Of a stretch of 64,000 bases of DNA, positions 1 through 8,518 are shown in pieces. A program made the position numbers and the translations under genes. Origin of the DNA: Sphingomonadales bacterium (GTDB taxonomy: Bacteria; Pseudomonadota; Alphaproteobacteria; Sphingomonadales; Sphingomonadaceae); the NCBI GenBank assembly GCA_012032285.1, contig JAAURJ010000009.1, forward strand, positions 2,269 to 66,268. The letters run 5' to 3'. Under the pieces are notes generated by a model. It was given only the letters and a program-made list of their open reading frames with translations, had not been told where the DNA came from and did not search any database. Each line of letters starts with the position of its first letter. Positions within the stretch are counted from its first letter, which is position 1.

Positions 1-2
1 GC

Positions 3-392
3 GAACATCAAATCACGCTCGACTGCGACGTGATACAGGCCGATGGCGGCACGCGCACCGCGTCCATTTCCGGCGCATGGGTGGCGATGCGGCTTGCGGT
101 TAATGGCCTGCTCGCTTCTGGCGCGATCAAAGAAGACCCCATTAACGCCCATGTCGCCGCGATCAGCTGCGGTATTTATAATGGCACGCCGGTGCTCGAC
201 CTTGATTATGTCGAAGACAGCGCTGCAGATGCCGATGCCAATTTCGTCCTGATTTCCGGCGGACAAATTGCCGAGGTGCAGGCCACAGCAGAAGGCGCAA
301 CCTATGATGAAGAAGGCCTGCTGCGCCTTCTTCGTCTCGCCCGCATGGGATGCAATGACATTTTCAAGGCGCAGGCATCAGCCGTAAAATGA
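3..392 (+). CDS. rph: Ribonuclease PH, 3' part (5' end outside window)
   Basis: Frame from position 3 reads EHQITLDCDVIQADGGTRTASISG...LDLDYVEDSAADADANFV, the RNase PH signature; overlaps rdgB start (ATGA). Confidence 0.95.
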   Translation, partial: EHQITLDCDVIQADGGTRTASISGAWVAMRLAVNGLLASGAIKEDPINAHVAAISCGIYNGTPVLDLDYVEDSAADADANFVLISGGQIAEVQATAEGATYDEEGLLRLLRLARMGCNDIFKAQASAVK

Positions 393-1027
393 ACAACCGT
401 AAACTCACCCCCGGCCGCCTCATCATCGCCACCCATAATAAGGGCAAGCTGGCAGAGATTGATGCGCTGCTTGCGCCCTTTGGCATGGCGACCGAGGCGG
501 CGGGTGATCTGGGCCTTGCAGAACCCGAAGAGACAGGCACCAGCTTTGCCGAAAATGCGCTGATCAAGGCGCGGGCTGCCTGTGCGGCGACAGGATGCGT
601 GTCACTTGCCGATGATAGCGGCCTTTGCGTGGCGGCATTGGGCGGGGCGCCCGGCGTCTACACCGCCGACTGGGCAGAACGAAGCGTGATTGAGGCGGAC
701 GCATTGGGCGGGCCGGGCCGCGACTGGTATCTCGCCATGGGCAAGGTGGAGGGCAAGCTTTCCGAAACCGGGCCGGATACTGACCGCAGCGCCTTTTTCA
801 TTTCAACGCTGGCGCTGGTTTGGCCCGACGGCCATCATGAGATTTTCGAAGGCCGCGCCTATGGCACGCTCACCTGGCCGCCGCGCGGGTCGCTGGGCTT
901 TGGCTATGATCCGGTTTTTGTGCCGCTTGGCGAGACACAAAGCTATGCTGAACTCGGCCCTGACTATAAGCTGAAAAACGACCACCGCGCCGCCGCATTT
1001 GCAAAGCTGGTAGCCGCAATTTTCTAA
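389..1027 (+). CDS. rdgB: Non-canonical purine NTP pyrophosphatase (RdgB/HAM1)
   Basis: IATHNKGKLAE, ETGTSFAENALIKA, ADDSGL, GFGYDPVF motifs; follows rph. Confidence 0.95.
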   Translation: MNNRKLTPGRLIIATHNKGKLAEIDALLAPFGMATEAAGDLGLAEPEETGTSFAENALIKARAACAATGCVSLADDSGLCVAALGGAPGVYTADWAERSVIEADALGGPGRDWYLAMGKVEGKLSETGPDTDRSAFFISTLALVWPDGHHEIFEGRAYGTLTWPPRGSLGFGYDPVFVPLGETQSYAELGPDYKLKNDHRAAAFAKLVAAIF

Positions 1028-1053
1028 ACGCCGCTTACCAAAAGATACGCTTA

Positions 1054-1704
1054 TTAAAAGACACGCTGGCCGATGAAATTGCCCGGCGGGCTGTAACGGC
1101 AGACCAGCACGTCGCGCGCGTTGTTGCTGGCAATGCCGCAGCCGATTTTGGTGGTGCCGCGCCAGATGATCTGTGTATAATGGCCGACATCCTGCCATCT
1201 GCCCGTGCTGCTGACATCGGGGAATATACCGGCGACGAAAAACCGTTTTTCATCGACCCAGCCTGCCGCCATTTGCGCAAAGGAGAATGCACCAGCCGTT
1301 CCAGCCCATAGATTTTCACCTTGATTAGGGCGCGATGCGCCGCTGCTATGTTCGAACCGGCCATTGGCGACCAGTTGCTGAGCATAGGCCAAGGCTTCGG
1401 CGCTCAACCCTGCATCCCATTCAACTGCAGGAAGGCCAACCTCGGCGCGGGCATCATTATGCGCTTTCAACATCGCAGTCATCATCGCATTAGCGGTAGG
1501 CGCAGGAGTAGAAATGGGCGGCGGTGGGGGCGGAGGAGGAGGTGGTGGCGGCGGAGGTGGTGGCGGGGCGGGCGGAAGGGAAACACCGGCCCCGCCAGAG
1601 CCGGAACCGGAACCAGACCCCCCGCCTCCACAAGACGCCAATAACAATATTATTGTTCCTTGCGCGATCAACTGCACGGTTTTAGAGGGGCGTTGATGCT
1701 TCAT
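1054..1704 (-). CDS. CAP (SCP/PR-1) domain lipoprotein with Gly/Ser and poly-Pro linker
   Basis: Lipobox LLLASC; about 17 consecutive Pro; CAP motifs HNDARAEVG, GENL, GHYTQIIW, GCG, VCRYSPPGN. Start placed at MKHQ (1704); upstream ORF extension overlaps hemW and is not credited. Confidence 0.85.
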   Translation of the reverse strand: MKHQRPSKTVQLIAQGTIILLLASCGGGGSGSGSGSGGAGVSLPPAPPPPPPPPPPPPPPPPPISTPAPTANAMMTAMLKAHNDARAEVGLPAVEWDAGLSAEALAYAQQLVANGRFEHSSGASRPNQGENLWAGTAGAFSFAQMAAGWVDEKRFFVAGIFPDVSSTGRWQDVGHYTQIIWRGTTKIGCGIASNNARDVLVCRYSPPGNFIGQRVF

Positions 1705-2897
1705 AATCCATCCACTTCTGTCTTCAATGAACCGGTTGGGCAGAACGGACTGGCGCTCTATATCCACTGGCCATTTTGCGTTTCCAAATGCCCCTATTGC
1801 GATTTTAACAGCCATGTCCGCGACGCCATTGATCATGACCAATGGTTGAACGCGCTTATCTTTGATCTCAGACATGAACATCAAGTTAATCCAGAAGTCA
1901 GGATCAGCTCGATCTTTTTCGGCGGCGGCACTCCGTCGCTTATGCCGCCCCGGTTGGTCGCAAATTTGATACAGGAGGCGCAGCGGTTATGGGGTTTGTC
2001 CAAAGGGTGCGAGATAACATTGGAGGCCAATCCGTCCTCGGTCGAATCCGCACGATTTGCCGATCTGGCAAATGCCGGAATCAACCGCATTTCCTTGGGA
2101 CTGCAATCGCTTGATGATCAAAGCCTGCATTTTCTGGGCCGTGCGCACAGCGTTCAGGAAGGCCTTGCGGCGCTTGACATTGCCCGGCGGCATTTTGCCA
2201 GAGTCAGCTTCGACCTGATTTATGCACGGCCTGGCCAGTCCTTGTCCGACTGGCAGGCCGAACTGTCCCGTGCCATCGGCTTTGGCACAGGGCATATGTC
2301 ATTATACCAGCTGACCATCGAAGAAGGCACCCGCTTTGCCAGCGACGTCCGCAAAGGGCTGTTCACACCCACCGATGACGATCAGGGCGCGGACCTGTTT
2401 GCCCTGACTCAAGCGATGATGAACGCCGCCGGGCTTCCCGCCTATGAGATTAGCAACCATGCAAGGCCGGGCGAGGAAAGCAGGCATAACCTGACCTATT
2501 GGCGCTATCAAGACTATGCCGGTATCGGCCCGGGTGCCCATGGCCGCCGTCTGGGCCGCGCGACGCAGCGGCATAAAAACCGGAAAATTTCCTTTCCTGC
2601 GTGGCGCGAAATGGGCATGGGATGCAAGAGGAACGACGCTTGGCACCGGATGAACAGGCGGTGGAGGCGCTGCTCATGGGGCTGCGCCTGGCCGAAGGGA
2701 TTGCGCCGGAAAGCATGGCCACGCGCTTTGGCATGACGCGGCAGCAGATGCTTGATGATGCAGCGATAGACCGGCTCATCCAAATGGGTTTCCTCACACA
2801 GTCTTCTGAACGGCTGATCGTCACGCGAAAAGGTATGCCGCTGCTTGATGCAATTTTGCCGGAGGTGGTTTCGTTAAGCGCGGTTGAGGGCCGATGA
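1696..2897 (+). CDS. hemW: Radical SAM heme chaperone HemW (apparent frameshift at A-run 2575-2579)
   Basis: LYIHWPFCVSKCPYCDFNSH, FFGGGTPS, EITLEANP, YEISNHA; adding one A restores HKKPENF and joins the 2601..2897 frame (EALLMGLRL). Confidence 0.9.
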
Positions 2898-3113
2898 TTG
2901 CCTTCAGATCGCAAGTGCCGCAGCCATGAACACCCATATAAGGCACCAAAGAAGGCCCGCGAAAGTTTACAAAGTTTACACCAAGGAAGCCTTTTTTCCC
3001 GCCATTTTCGACCGAAATTGTAGGATAAATCCAACATTGGCCCTGCGCCCTTATATGGCACCCATGTCTCTATCAAACTCGACATTAAGAGCGATACGAT
3101 ATATTCGGAGATA

Positions 3114-4002
3114 ATGAGCCAGCTCATCGCCGAATATCGCAGCCATTTAGCGAATAACCGCCGCCAATCGGGTGCGACCGTCCAAGCTTATGGCGCCACC
3201 GCAGAACGATTGGTCCTGTTCCTTCAAGAACATATCGGCGATGCCATAACCCGCGATACGCTCCGCGAAGTGAAAGCCGCCGATTTGCGGGCTTTTCTTG
3301 CCTATAGGAGGGGAGACGGGCTGACCAACCGGTCCACGGCACGCGAGCTGTCGGCAATTCGCAATTTTCTGCGCTTTGCCTTGGGTGAAGAGGCGAGCAT
3401 TCCCGCCATTAAGGGCCCGCGAATGCCGCGCAGCTTGCCCCGGCCGGTGGCCCCGGACGATGTGCTGGCCATGGCAGATGATATCGCCGAAACCGCAAGG
3501 GAAAGCTGGATCGGTGCCCGTGACTGGGCGGTGCTGTTGCTGCTTTATGGCAGCGGGCTTCGGATCAGCGAGGCGACGGGGCTATCGGGCGATATCCTGC
3601 CTTTGTCCGAAACGCTGCGCGTCACCGGAAAGCGCGGCAAAACCCGTATCGTGCCATTATTGCCGCAAGTGCGCGGTGCGATAGAAAAATATCTGTCTGT
3701 CTGCCCCTATCCGCCTGCTAAGGACCAGCCGCTGTTTCGCGGCGCAAGAGGCGGCGCTCTTTCACCGGCGATCATCCGCCGCGCCGTGCAAGGGGCGCGC
3801 AAACGGCTGAACCTGCCGGAAAAAACCACGCCCCACGCCCCTGCGCCACAGCTTTGCCACGCATTTGCTGGCGGGCGGCGCGGATTTACGCAGCCTGCAG
3901 GAGCTGCTCGGCCATGCCAGTTTGAGTTCAACACAGGTCTATACCGGCGTCGATACCGCGATGCTGCTCGATGAATACGCGAACGCGCATCCCAGGGCTT
4001 GA
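3114..4002 (+). CDS. xerC: Tyrosine recombinase, XerC type (apparent +1 frameshift at C-run 3838-3841)
   Basis: [16 protein letters not shown]; removing one C gives [14 protein letters not shown]...[16 protein letters not shown]...AHPRA*. Confidence 0.8.
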
Positions 4003-4065
4003 ATCCAAGCTATTATTGATAATGCCCGCTGCGTTTGTCTTTAGGGTCAGGCCCTAGCGACATTT

Positions 4066-4093
4066 CGTCATTCCCGCGAAGGCGGGAATCCAG
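4066..4093 (+). repeat. CGTC-type REP palindrome, left copy (CGTCATTCCCGCGAAGGCGGGAATCCAG)
   Basis: Internal hairpin ATTCCCGC-GAAG-GCGGGAAT; inverted partner at 4423-4450. Confidence 0.9.
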
Positions 4094-4105
4094 TAACGAA
4101 GCGGA

Positions 4106-4417
4106 ATGCGCGAAGAAAAACTCCCGGCAGTATACATTCTGGCATCTGGCCGGAATGGCACATTATATATCGGCGTAACTTCAAATTTACTGCTTCGTAT
4201 TTCGCAACATCGCTTGGAGACATTGGAAGGCTTCACCAAAAAATATGGCATCAAATGCCTTGTATGGTTTGAGCAGCATTCGGTTATGGAATCGGCAATC
4301 CGCCGCGAAAAACAGCTGAAGAAATGGAACAGAGCATGGAAACTACGTCTAATCGAGGAAAATAACCCCGACTGGTGCGATCTGGCCGAGGATTTCGGAT
4401 TCGATCCGCTGGCGTAG
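4106..4417 (+). CDS. Stand-alone GIY-YIG nuclease (about 100 aa)
   Basis: AVYILASGRNGTLYIGVTSNL..R..QH...GFTKKY...LVWFE...AIRREKQLKKWNRAWK; Tyr/Arg/His/Glu catalytic pattern appears intact. Confidence 0.9.
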   Translation: MREEKLPAVYILASGRNGTLYIGVTSNLLLRISQHRLETLEGFTKKYGIKCLVWFEQHSVMESAIRREKQLKKWNRAWKLRLIEENNPDWCDLAEDFGFDPLA

Positions 4418-4422
4418 GAAAA

Positions 4423-4450
4423 CTAGATTCCCGCCTTCGCGGGAATGACG
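4423..4450 (-). repeat. CGTC-type REP palindrome, right copy
   Basis: CTAGATTCCCGCCTTCGCGGGAATGACG is the reverse complement of the left copy at 27/28 positions. Confidence 0.9.
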
Positions 4451-4575
4451 CCGTTTGGAAATTGAAACATCATTCAATCAACACCATACCCGTTCTACCC
4501 GGATGTTGAGCCTTCGCATTCTGTCGCCACGAAAATTCGATTTCGACCAAAAATTTCGATTTCGGTGCGATTCTG

Positions 4576-4704
4576 TCAATTTCTTTCCATGCGTCTTGCG
4601 CGGATTGCCCTATCAATTGTCTCACTATCTGTGCTTGTATTGAACCAAATCTTTAATGTGCTCAGATTGGGAAATATGGCATCACTGACTCTGATTACGG
4701 GCAT
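4576..4704 (-). CDS. Small ORF (42 aa), ribbon-helix-helix-like pattern; possibly a truncated gene
   Basis: GGAGG at 4713-4717, then MPVIRVSDAIFPNLSTLKIWFNTSTDSETIDRAIRARRMERN*; below the ORF-track length cutoff. Confidence 0.45.
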   Translation of the reverse strand: MPVIRVSDAIFPNLSTLKIWFNTSTDSETIDRAIRARRMERN

Positions 4705-4751
4705 AATTGCTTCCTCCATATTTCTTCAATTGAGAATATGTTACCTATTCT

Positions 4752-5705
4752 CTAGCTAAGCCGCCCCAAACACGCATCCCAGATCATACCCGCCGTATCG
4801 GTGCCGTTAAACCGGTCGATCGCCACAATGCCCGTGGGCGATGTTACGTTAATCTCGGTCAGCCATTGCCCGCCGATGACATCTATGCCTACAAAAATCA
4901 GGCCCAGTTCTTTCAACCTTGGTCCCATCGCCGCACAGATTTCCGCCTCATGCGCCGTTAGTTCGGTTGCCTCAGCGCGGCCGCCCACGGCAAGATTGCT
5001 GCGAAACTCGCCCGCGCCCGGCCTGCGATTGATCGCGCCTGCAACCTCCCCATCGACCAGCACAATCCGCTTGTCGCCCTTGGCCACATCGGGAAGGAAG
5101 GGCTGCACCATATGCGGTTCGGGCCAGGTGCCGTTAAACACTTCGAACAAGGCGCCCAGATTGCTGCCGTCCGCTTCGATCTTGAAAATCGCCTTGCCGC
5201 CATTGCCGTGCAGCGGCTTGACCACCACTGCGCCATGAGCGCGCTGAAATTCGCGGACTTCATCGATTGAGCGTGTGATGAGCGTGGGCGGCATATATTT
5301 ACGGTAATCGAGCACCATCACCTTTTCCGGCGCATTACGAACGCTGACCGGGTTATTGACCACCAAAGTTTCTGCCTCAATCCGTTCGAGCAAATGTGTT
5401 GCAGTGATATAGCCGACATGAAAAGGGGGGTCTTGCCGCATCATCACCACATCAATGTCACGGCCCAAATCAATCCGCTTCGCCTCGCCAAAACGGTAAT
5501 GTGCGCCCTCAACGCGCTGCACATCATAAACTGGCCGCGCCAGTGCAGTCAGCCTGTCATCGGCGTCAAGCGTGAGCGTGCCGACATCATAATGCCACAG
5601 GGCATAGCCACGCTGCTGCGCGGATAGCATAAGGGCAAAACTGGAATCGCCGGCAATGGTAATGCCGTCCATCGGGTCCATTTGAAACGCAGCGGTCAGG
5701 GTCAT
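4752..5705 (-). CDS. gshB: Glutathione synthetase
   Basis: AFQMDP, DVVMMRQDPPF, NAPEK, VVKPLHGNGG, GDKRI, FRSNLAVGG, EINVTSPTG. Confidence 0.95.
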   Translation of the reverse strand: MTLTAAFQMDPMDGITIAGDSSFALMLSAQQRGYALWHYDVGTLTLDADDRLTALARPVYDVQRVEGAHYRFGEAKRIDLGRDIDVVMMRQDPPFHVGYITATHLLERIEAETLVVNNPVSVRNAPEKVMVLDYRKYMPPTLITRSIDEVREFQRAHGAVVVKPLHGNGGKAIFKIEADGSNLGALFEVFNGTWPEPHMVQPFLPDVAKGDKRIVLVDGEVAGAINRRPGAGEFRSNLAVGGRAEATELTAHEAEICAAMGPRLKELGLIFVGIDVIGGQWLTEINVTSPTGIVAIDRFNGTDTAGMIWDACLGRLS

Positions 5706-5812
5706 TGGGCTTGTCTATCGGTTAATGGACGGGGTGCCAATATATTGTTGGCTGCGACGGATAATTTGGTTTGATGATATTCCTTTGTCCGGGCAAACAA
5801 ATGCCCTGCCCC

Positions 5813-6178
5813 TCACAGCATCTGCGCCACATTGATAAGGTGCACGGGACGCCGCCATGGCGCGATCAGGATCACGTCAATGCGGATTTCCTCCATGTCA
5901 GAACCATAGCGGCCCTCCAGACTATGCGCCGCCGCGATCACCCGGCGCAACCGGGCGGCGTCAATGGCATGATCCAGCTGCGCCTGTGTGGCCCGTGCTT
6001 TCACCTCGATAAAGGCAAGGGTCCGGCCGCGCCGGGCGATCAAATCCACCTCTCCGCGCGGCGTGCGTATTCGCTGCGCGATGATCCGCCAGCCCTGAAG
6101 GCGCAGCCACCATGCCGCCAGCAACTCTGCACGGCGGCCTCTAATCTCGGCGGCCTTACGGGGTGCGATTTGGTTCAT
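5813..6178 (-). CDS. yraN: YraN family (UPF0102) protein
   Basis: GRRAE..A...L...GW.I, GEVDLIARRG..LAFIEVK, RIDVI; ATGA overlap with rsmI stop. Confidence 0.9.
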   Translation of the reverse strand: MNQIAPRKAAEIRGRRAELLAAWWLRLQGWRIIAQRIRTPRGEVDLIARRGRTLAFIEVKARATQAQLDHAIDAARLRRVIAAAHSLEGRYGSDMEEIRIDVILIAPWRRPVHLINVAQML

Positions 6179-7047
6179 GAACACTTTGATTTCATTGCAT
6201 TTGCGCGGGCATAAACCTGTTTTCGGTCCAGCGCAAAACGGTGGGCGATTTCAGCCGCTGCCTTTGCGGCGGGAAGACGGGTGAGCGCCTCGGCAAGCGC
6301 GGCATCGGCGTCGCCCTCTTCTGCCGTTCCAGCCGCCTCTGGCGGAGAGATGATCACGACAATCTCTCCTTTGGGTGTTTCATTGGCATAACGCGCCGCA
6401 AGGTCGGGCAATGTTCCTGTAACCACCTCTTCAAATTTCTTGGTAAGCTCCCGCGCTACAACCGCCCCGCGCCCGCCCAGCACCAAAGCCAGCGCCGCCA
6501 GCGCTGAGCCCAGCCTTGGGCCGCTTTCATAAAAAATCAGCGTTGCGTCAATATTGCGATAGCCATTAATCGCCGCCGCCCTTGCCTTTTCCTTCGCAGG
6601 CAAAAATCCCGCGAACAGGAATTTGTCTGTGGGAAGCCCCGATATGGACAGCGCCGCAATTGCCGCGCTTGGCCCCGGCGCGGTGCTGACATAAATGCCT
6701 TGCTCCCGCGCCGCCCGCACCAGTTTATAGCCGGGATCGGAGATAAGCGGCGTTCCCGCATCGGAAACCAGCACGACGACCCCCGTTTGTGCCGCGGCCA
6801 GCAACCGGTCGCGGTCATCCGCGCTGCTATAATCGTTATAGCGGCGCATTTTTTTCTTCAGCCCGATATGATGCAGCAGCTTACCAGTCACCCGGCTATC
6901 CTCCACCGCAACAATGTCGGCTGCGGTCAAAAGCTGCACGGCGCGCTGTGACAAATCTGCAAGGTTGCCGATTGGGGTCGCAACAATGTAAAGACCTGAG
7001 TCGAATGCCTTATCCGGCAGGGGATTATCGAGTGAGGACAAAGTCAT
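6175..7047 (-). CDS. rsmI: 16S rRNA (C1402-2'-O)-methyltransferase RsmI
   Basis: LYIVATPIGNLAD, EDSRVT, LVSDAGTPLISDPG, GFLP, RELTKKFEE, PKGEIV. Confidence 0.95.
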   Translation of the reverse strand: MTLSSLDNPLPDKAFDSGLYIVATPIGNLADLSQRAVQLLTAADIVAVEDSRVTGKLLHHIGLKKKMRRYNDYSSADDRDRLLAAAQTGVVVLVSDAGTPLISDPGYKLVRAAREQGIYVSTAPGPSAAIAALSISGLPTDKFLFAGFLPAKEKARAAAINGYRNIDATLIFYESGPRLGSALAALALVLGGRGAVVARELTKKFEEVVTGTLPDLAARYANETPKGEIVVIISPPEAAGTAEEGDADAALAEALTRLPAAKAAAEIAHRFALDRKQVYARANAMKSKCS

Positions 7048-8260
7048 GACAGCAATCTTTGCAGCAACATCAACCCGTCTGCAAGAGCAGGTTTCGGGGC
7101 AAAAGCATCGCGGCAAAATTGCCCGCCCCGCAAAACGCATCGCGGCTTTGTCCGCTCTGGCATTGCTCGCCGCCTGTCAATCGGTGATACCCAAAGGCGG
7201 CGACGTGGCAGGCGCAGGACCAAAGCCCGAACCCATCGTCATTCCCGCCGATGGCCGCCATCAGGTTGCCTTGCTGCTGCCTGTTACCGGACCCGATGGT
7301 GATGTCGGCCTATCCATCGCCAACGCCGCCGAACTGGCGATGGCCGACACGAACAGCACGGTGAAGATCAACCTGAAAACCTATGATACGGCGCTCGGCG
7401 TAGCAGCGGCGGCGCAAAGGGCGGTGGCGGATGGCAACAAGCTTATCCTTGGGCCGCTACGCGGCGACAATGTGGTTACCGCCGCCGATATTGCCCGCAC
7501 CAAAAATGTCCCGATCATCAGCTTTTCCAACGATATTGGTGTGGCGGGGCGCAATGTATACCTGCTTGGCCATTTGCCCAGCCAATCGGTGGACCGGATC
7601 GTCCGCTTTGCCAAAGCAAAGGGCAAAACCCGCTTCGGCGCGGTGGTTAGCAACAATGTCTACGGACAAAGGGCGAGCAGCAATTTGACCAAATCGGTCC
7701 TGGATGCCGGCGGCACGCTCGTTAATATCCAAAGCGCCGATGACAGCCAAGCATCAGTTGACGCCGCCGTCGCACGGTTAAAAGCGGCAGGCCCCATGGA
7801 TGCCATATTGATCGGCGGCACCGGCGGCTGGGCCAGAACGGTTGCACCCTCGTTGAAAAAGGCGAAGGTAAATGGCCAGATTTTGGGAACCGAGCTATGG
7901 AATATTGACGGCGGCCTATCGCGCACCGCCGAACTGCGCGGTGCATGGTTTGCCAGCGTCGCTGACGGATATTACCGTCAGTTTGCCCAAAAATACAGCG
8001 CCCGCTATGGCAAAGCGCCGCTGCGCCTATCCAGTCTGGGCTATGATGCGATCCTGTTAACCAGCCGCGTGGCTCAGCAATGGCAATTGGGCACGACATT
8101 CCCAATCACCAACCTGACCGATCCGGGCGGCTTTATCGGCATTGACGGCGCATTCCGCTTCAGCGGCAATGGCCTGTCGGAAAGGATGTTGGAGGTGCAG
8201 GAAATACGCAGCGGTCAATTCGCTATCATAGAGGCGGCACCGGGCGCGTTTGCGAAATAG
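7046..8260 (+). CDS. Penicillin-binding protein activator LpoA/LppC-like lipoprotein
   Basis: Lipobox LLAAC; VALLLPVTG, LILGPL, LGYDA, GIDGAFRF; divergent from rsmI as for lpoA. Confidence 0.8.
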   Translation: MTAIFAATSTRLQEQVSGQKHRGKIARPAKRIAALSALALLAACQSVIPKGGDVAGAGPKPEPIVIPADGRHQVALLLPVTGPDGDVGLSIANAAELAMADTNSTVKINLKTYDTALGVAAAAQRAVADGNKLILGPLRGDNVVTAADIARTKNVPIISFSNDIGVAGRNVYLLGHLPSQSVDRIVRFAKAKGKTRFGAVVSNNVYGQRASSNLTKSVLDAGGTLVNIQSADDSQASVDAAVARLKAAGPMDAILIGGTGGWARTVAPSLKKAKVNGQILGTELWNIDGGLSRTAELRGAWFASVADGYYRQFAQKYSARYGKAPLRLSSLGYDAILLTSRVAQQWQLGTTFPITNLTDPGGFIGIDGAFRFSGNGLSERMLEVQEIRSGQFAIIEAAPGAFAK

Positions 8261-8304
8261 GGTTACCACCAAGCGCATCGATAAATTGCGAAAAGTCAAA
8301 TAGG

Positions 8305-8458
8305 CTTCGACAAGCTCAGCCTGAGCGCGGGGCAATGTGGTGATTTATCCTAAGCGCTCAGCCTGAGCGCGGGGTAATGCGGTGATTTTCCCTATGCGCT
8401 CAGCCTGAGCGCGGGGCAATGCGGTGATTTATCCTATGCGCTCAGCCTGAGCGCGGGG
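8305..8458. repeat. Tandem array of four 42-bp-period palindromic units derived from a REP end
   Basis: GCTCAGCCTGAGCGCGGGG starts at 8314, 8356, 8398, 8440; 23-nt linkers nearly identical; headed by CTTCGACAA. Confidence 0.95.
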
Positions 8459-8518
8459 TGTGGCCGTGCTTCATGTAATAGCGCTCAATCTATGCGATAC
8501 GTGCTTAAACCCAGCCGC

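Noticed and set aside
1514-1696. Poly-Gly ORF on the plus strand
   Set aside because: Antisense reading of the poly-Pro tract of the CAP lipoprotein.
4054-4254. Minus-strand ORF ending WIPAFAGMT
   Set aside because: Translation of the REP palindrome antisense to the nuclease; not a credible gene.
3114-4450. xerC plus nuclease as an integrative element or prophage end
   Set aside because: The recombinase looks like housekeeping XerC; no att repeats, tRNA or phage genes nearby.
4455-4759. Plus-strand ORFs 4455..4643 and 4565..4759
   Set aside because: No RBS or motif; the minus-strand mini-ORF has a much better RBS and protein-like pattern.
8314-8458. CRISPR array
   Set aside because: Linkers are near-identical rather than unique spacers, the 19-bp repeat is short, and no cas gene is in the window; kept as a tandem repeat.
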